From NCBI RefSeq assembly GCF_000143415.4, contig NW_003314280.1, positions 2,029,549 to 2,093,548 of the forward strand: a DNA stretch of 64,000 nt, read 5' to 3'. The notes below the pieces were generated by a model. It was given only the letters and a program-made list of their open reading frames with translations. It was not told the origin of the DNA and did no database searches. Made by a program: the position numbers and the translations under genes. How positions within the stretch are numbered: the stretch's first letter is position 1; the number at the start of each line of letters is the position of its first letter. The stretch comes from Selaginella moellendorffii. Its lineage: Eukaryota > Plantae > Lycopodiophyta. Below, piece after piece: positions 61,791-64,000 of this stretch.

Positions 61791-63984
61791 TTACTCGAAA
61801 TCTTGGGGTTGGCTGCTTGCAAAGACGTTCCACACGATGGCTCCTGTCACGTAGAAGAAGATTGAAGGGAGAAACAACGAGAGCTGAGGAGGAAAAGAAA
61901 AACTTTGAGCCTCCTTGAGCATCTGGGAAGTGCTTGAAAGGCTTCGCTTACCGTCCAGGAACCGGTTTGATCGAAAATGTAACCGGTTGCCGCAACTCCT
62001 ACCACTCCAGGAATTGCACCAGCAGTATTTGTTATGCCCTGTGTGAGAAATGCTTTGGTTTAGAAAGGAAAAAAGAAAGGAGATGATTTGATTCCATACC
62101 AAAAGAATGCCGGCGTACTTCCGTGATATATCTTGGTGTGTACAGTAAAGCCCTGGCAACACTGTTAGCAGCCGAAGAAACAAGGAAAATGACTACCAGA
62201 TACCTGACAGCGCGAAACTTGACAATCCAATACCACCGGTTAGAAGCAGTATGACCGACCACGGTGGTAGACTAGGAACCAATGAGACAATACTCATGGA
62301 AGCTGATGGAGAGAGAAAAGCGATGCTTTGGCAGATTTTTCTCACCTAGAAACATAACAGTGCTAGTCAGAGGGACAAGAAAGAGAACACCAAACTTACC
62401 ACTGTGGTGCTTAGTCCAGATGTGATCATGCTATCAGCCCAGACAGCCGCAAAGCTTGTTACTGGAACAGATGCTAGAGGAGGAAGAATTGATATCTGTA
62501 CTTTCATTAATCAGCCATTTTGATAGCAAAAGGAAAAGCTCTCACCAGTGCTGCATTAGTCAGATTCAGGTGTAGCTCATCACTGATATAAAAAGTCAGT
62601 ACACATTGGTTTTTCTACAGTTTAACGCACCTGACAAATGTCGGCATCCAGGAAAGAAGTGTAAAATATCCCCAATTTCCACAGAAATGGGCATAAATCA
62701 TCGCCCAGACTGGTGGACTTCTGAAAAAAGCGCTCCAAGGGACCTGTGACGAAACAGAAAAGATGATTACGGCGTCGAACGAAATGTTCCTAACCTTTGA
62801 CGGTTGTCCAGTCTCATTGTCAGCAGCTGCTTGATCTGTCTCTGCAAAAAATGGTGTTTACATCACTCAGAACGCTGTATACTTGTATTTACCTGAATCG
62901 CATCCTTCCGGATTGAACAGAAGGCACCTGGTCAAACACACGTCAACAAAAGTTCAAAGGCTTGTTCCATACCAGAAAAGGCCGAGCAAACCAAAGACGT
63001 AGAAAACAGATTGCCATCCAAAGTTTTCAATGAAAACAGGAGCGAAAAGCAGCCTGGTTTGCAAGATTCCATAAGTTACGCATTAGAGAGGCACAAAAGC
63101 TCACCCCGCTATACTTCCAACGCTGAGGCCACCGAAAATAACAGAGACCGCTCGCGAACGCTCGTTCGCACTTACTGTTCTACATTCACACATGAAAAAC
63201 AAACAGTTACTGATAATGTTACGTAATTGTACCTTGCTACGAGATCGGTAGCGGCTGAAGGAGACACGCCTTCGCCGACACCGACCTGTCAATTCCGGAA
63301 TCCATCACTCTTTGTCAGAGAAAGAAAAACTATGCTAGAATGGAAAACATACCATCACCCGGCTTGCCAGAATTAATGGTAGATATCGGGCTGAAAGTGG
63401 GACAGCCATAGTTGCCAACGACCAAAGAAAGACACCACCACGCAACACATATCTAGTACCAAACGGCAGGGAAAATAAAAAAAGAAACGGAGAATATAGA
63501 GCCTTACTTTCCAGAAAATTTACGTGAAAGCCATCCACCAGGCAACTGGCTGAAAGCGTATCCCAGAAACAGCGACGACTGAACTAATCCAGAAGTTGTT
63601 GCCGGCCATCCAAACTGCTGCGACATCGGTATAATAGCTACACTCAAGTTCACCTTGAAACAAACAAGTAAATATCGTTAAGTCAGCGATAAAATTAATC
63701 AGCGAGAAACTGAGAGGTACCTTGTCCATGTTGCAAATCACGAACGCGAGAGAAGCCATGAGAATGACCCTGTACTTGGGTTGATTCCAAGAAACACTAG
63801 CAGTATCTGTGGACGAAGGTATTGCAGTAATTTCATCTTCTTTATCCTGTGAGACACAATGGAATCTCAGCCCTGAGCCGTTCCGGAGTCTGAGATGCTT
63901 TGTACTTAAAGGGCTAGACTGCGGACAGATACTCATCTTGGTCGCGACTCGAGGTAGCCCAAGACACAAAGCCACTGCTGCCAT
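61791..63984 (-). CDS. Plastid anion/phosphate transporter, PHT4;5 (ANTR6)-like MFS protein, multi-exon
   Basis: SLAFVICNMDKVNLSVAIIPM, QLPGGWL, YAHFCGNWGYFTLLSWMPT and VWNVFASSQPQDFE* motifs; transit peptide. Confidence 0.88.
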
Positions 63985-64000
63985 TGACGGACCTTTTATC

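Overview
Eukaryotic plant nuclear DNA, most likely the lycophyte Selaginella (inferred from a microbial-type terpene synthase, a PARP6/8-like gene, very short introns and extreme gene density). Two AT-rich transposon islands (~1-10.1 kb and ~32.6-43.6 kb) alternate with GC-rich gene-dense blocks. The islands hold a complete 5S-rDNA-bearing Cassandra-type TRIM and a solo LTR of it, a second TRIM filled with a modular tandem array, a decayed Ty3/gypsy element with nested insertions, and a MULE remnant. Genes: SHI/STY factor, SEC12-like, two tandem PGM-like histidine phosphatases, ABCI17/STAR1, MTPSL, a stand-alone RNase H, PPR, A1 aspartic protease, a double alpha-crystallin-domain locus, TBL, LIG6, a PARP6/8-like ADP-ribosyltransferase, APC10, NAA10, an extensin-like EXORDIUM, PRT1, rubredoxin RBD1, a small membrane protein, tRNA-Ala(AGC) and PHT4;5. 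The most notable observations are operon-like same-strand gene runs with 8-100 bp gaps and a predicted ATGA stop/start overlap, the Cassandra-like element, and an intronless RNase H gene beside the microbial-type terpene synthase. Exon boundaries and family assignments were read by eye; no database search was run.
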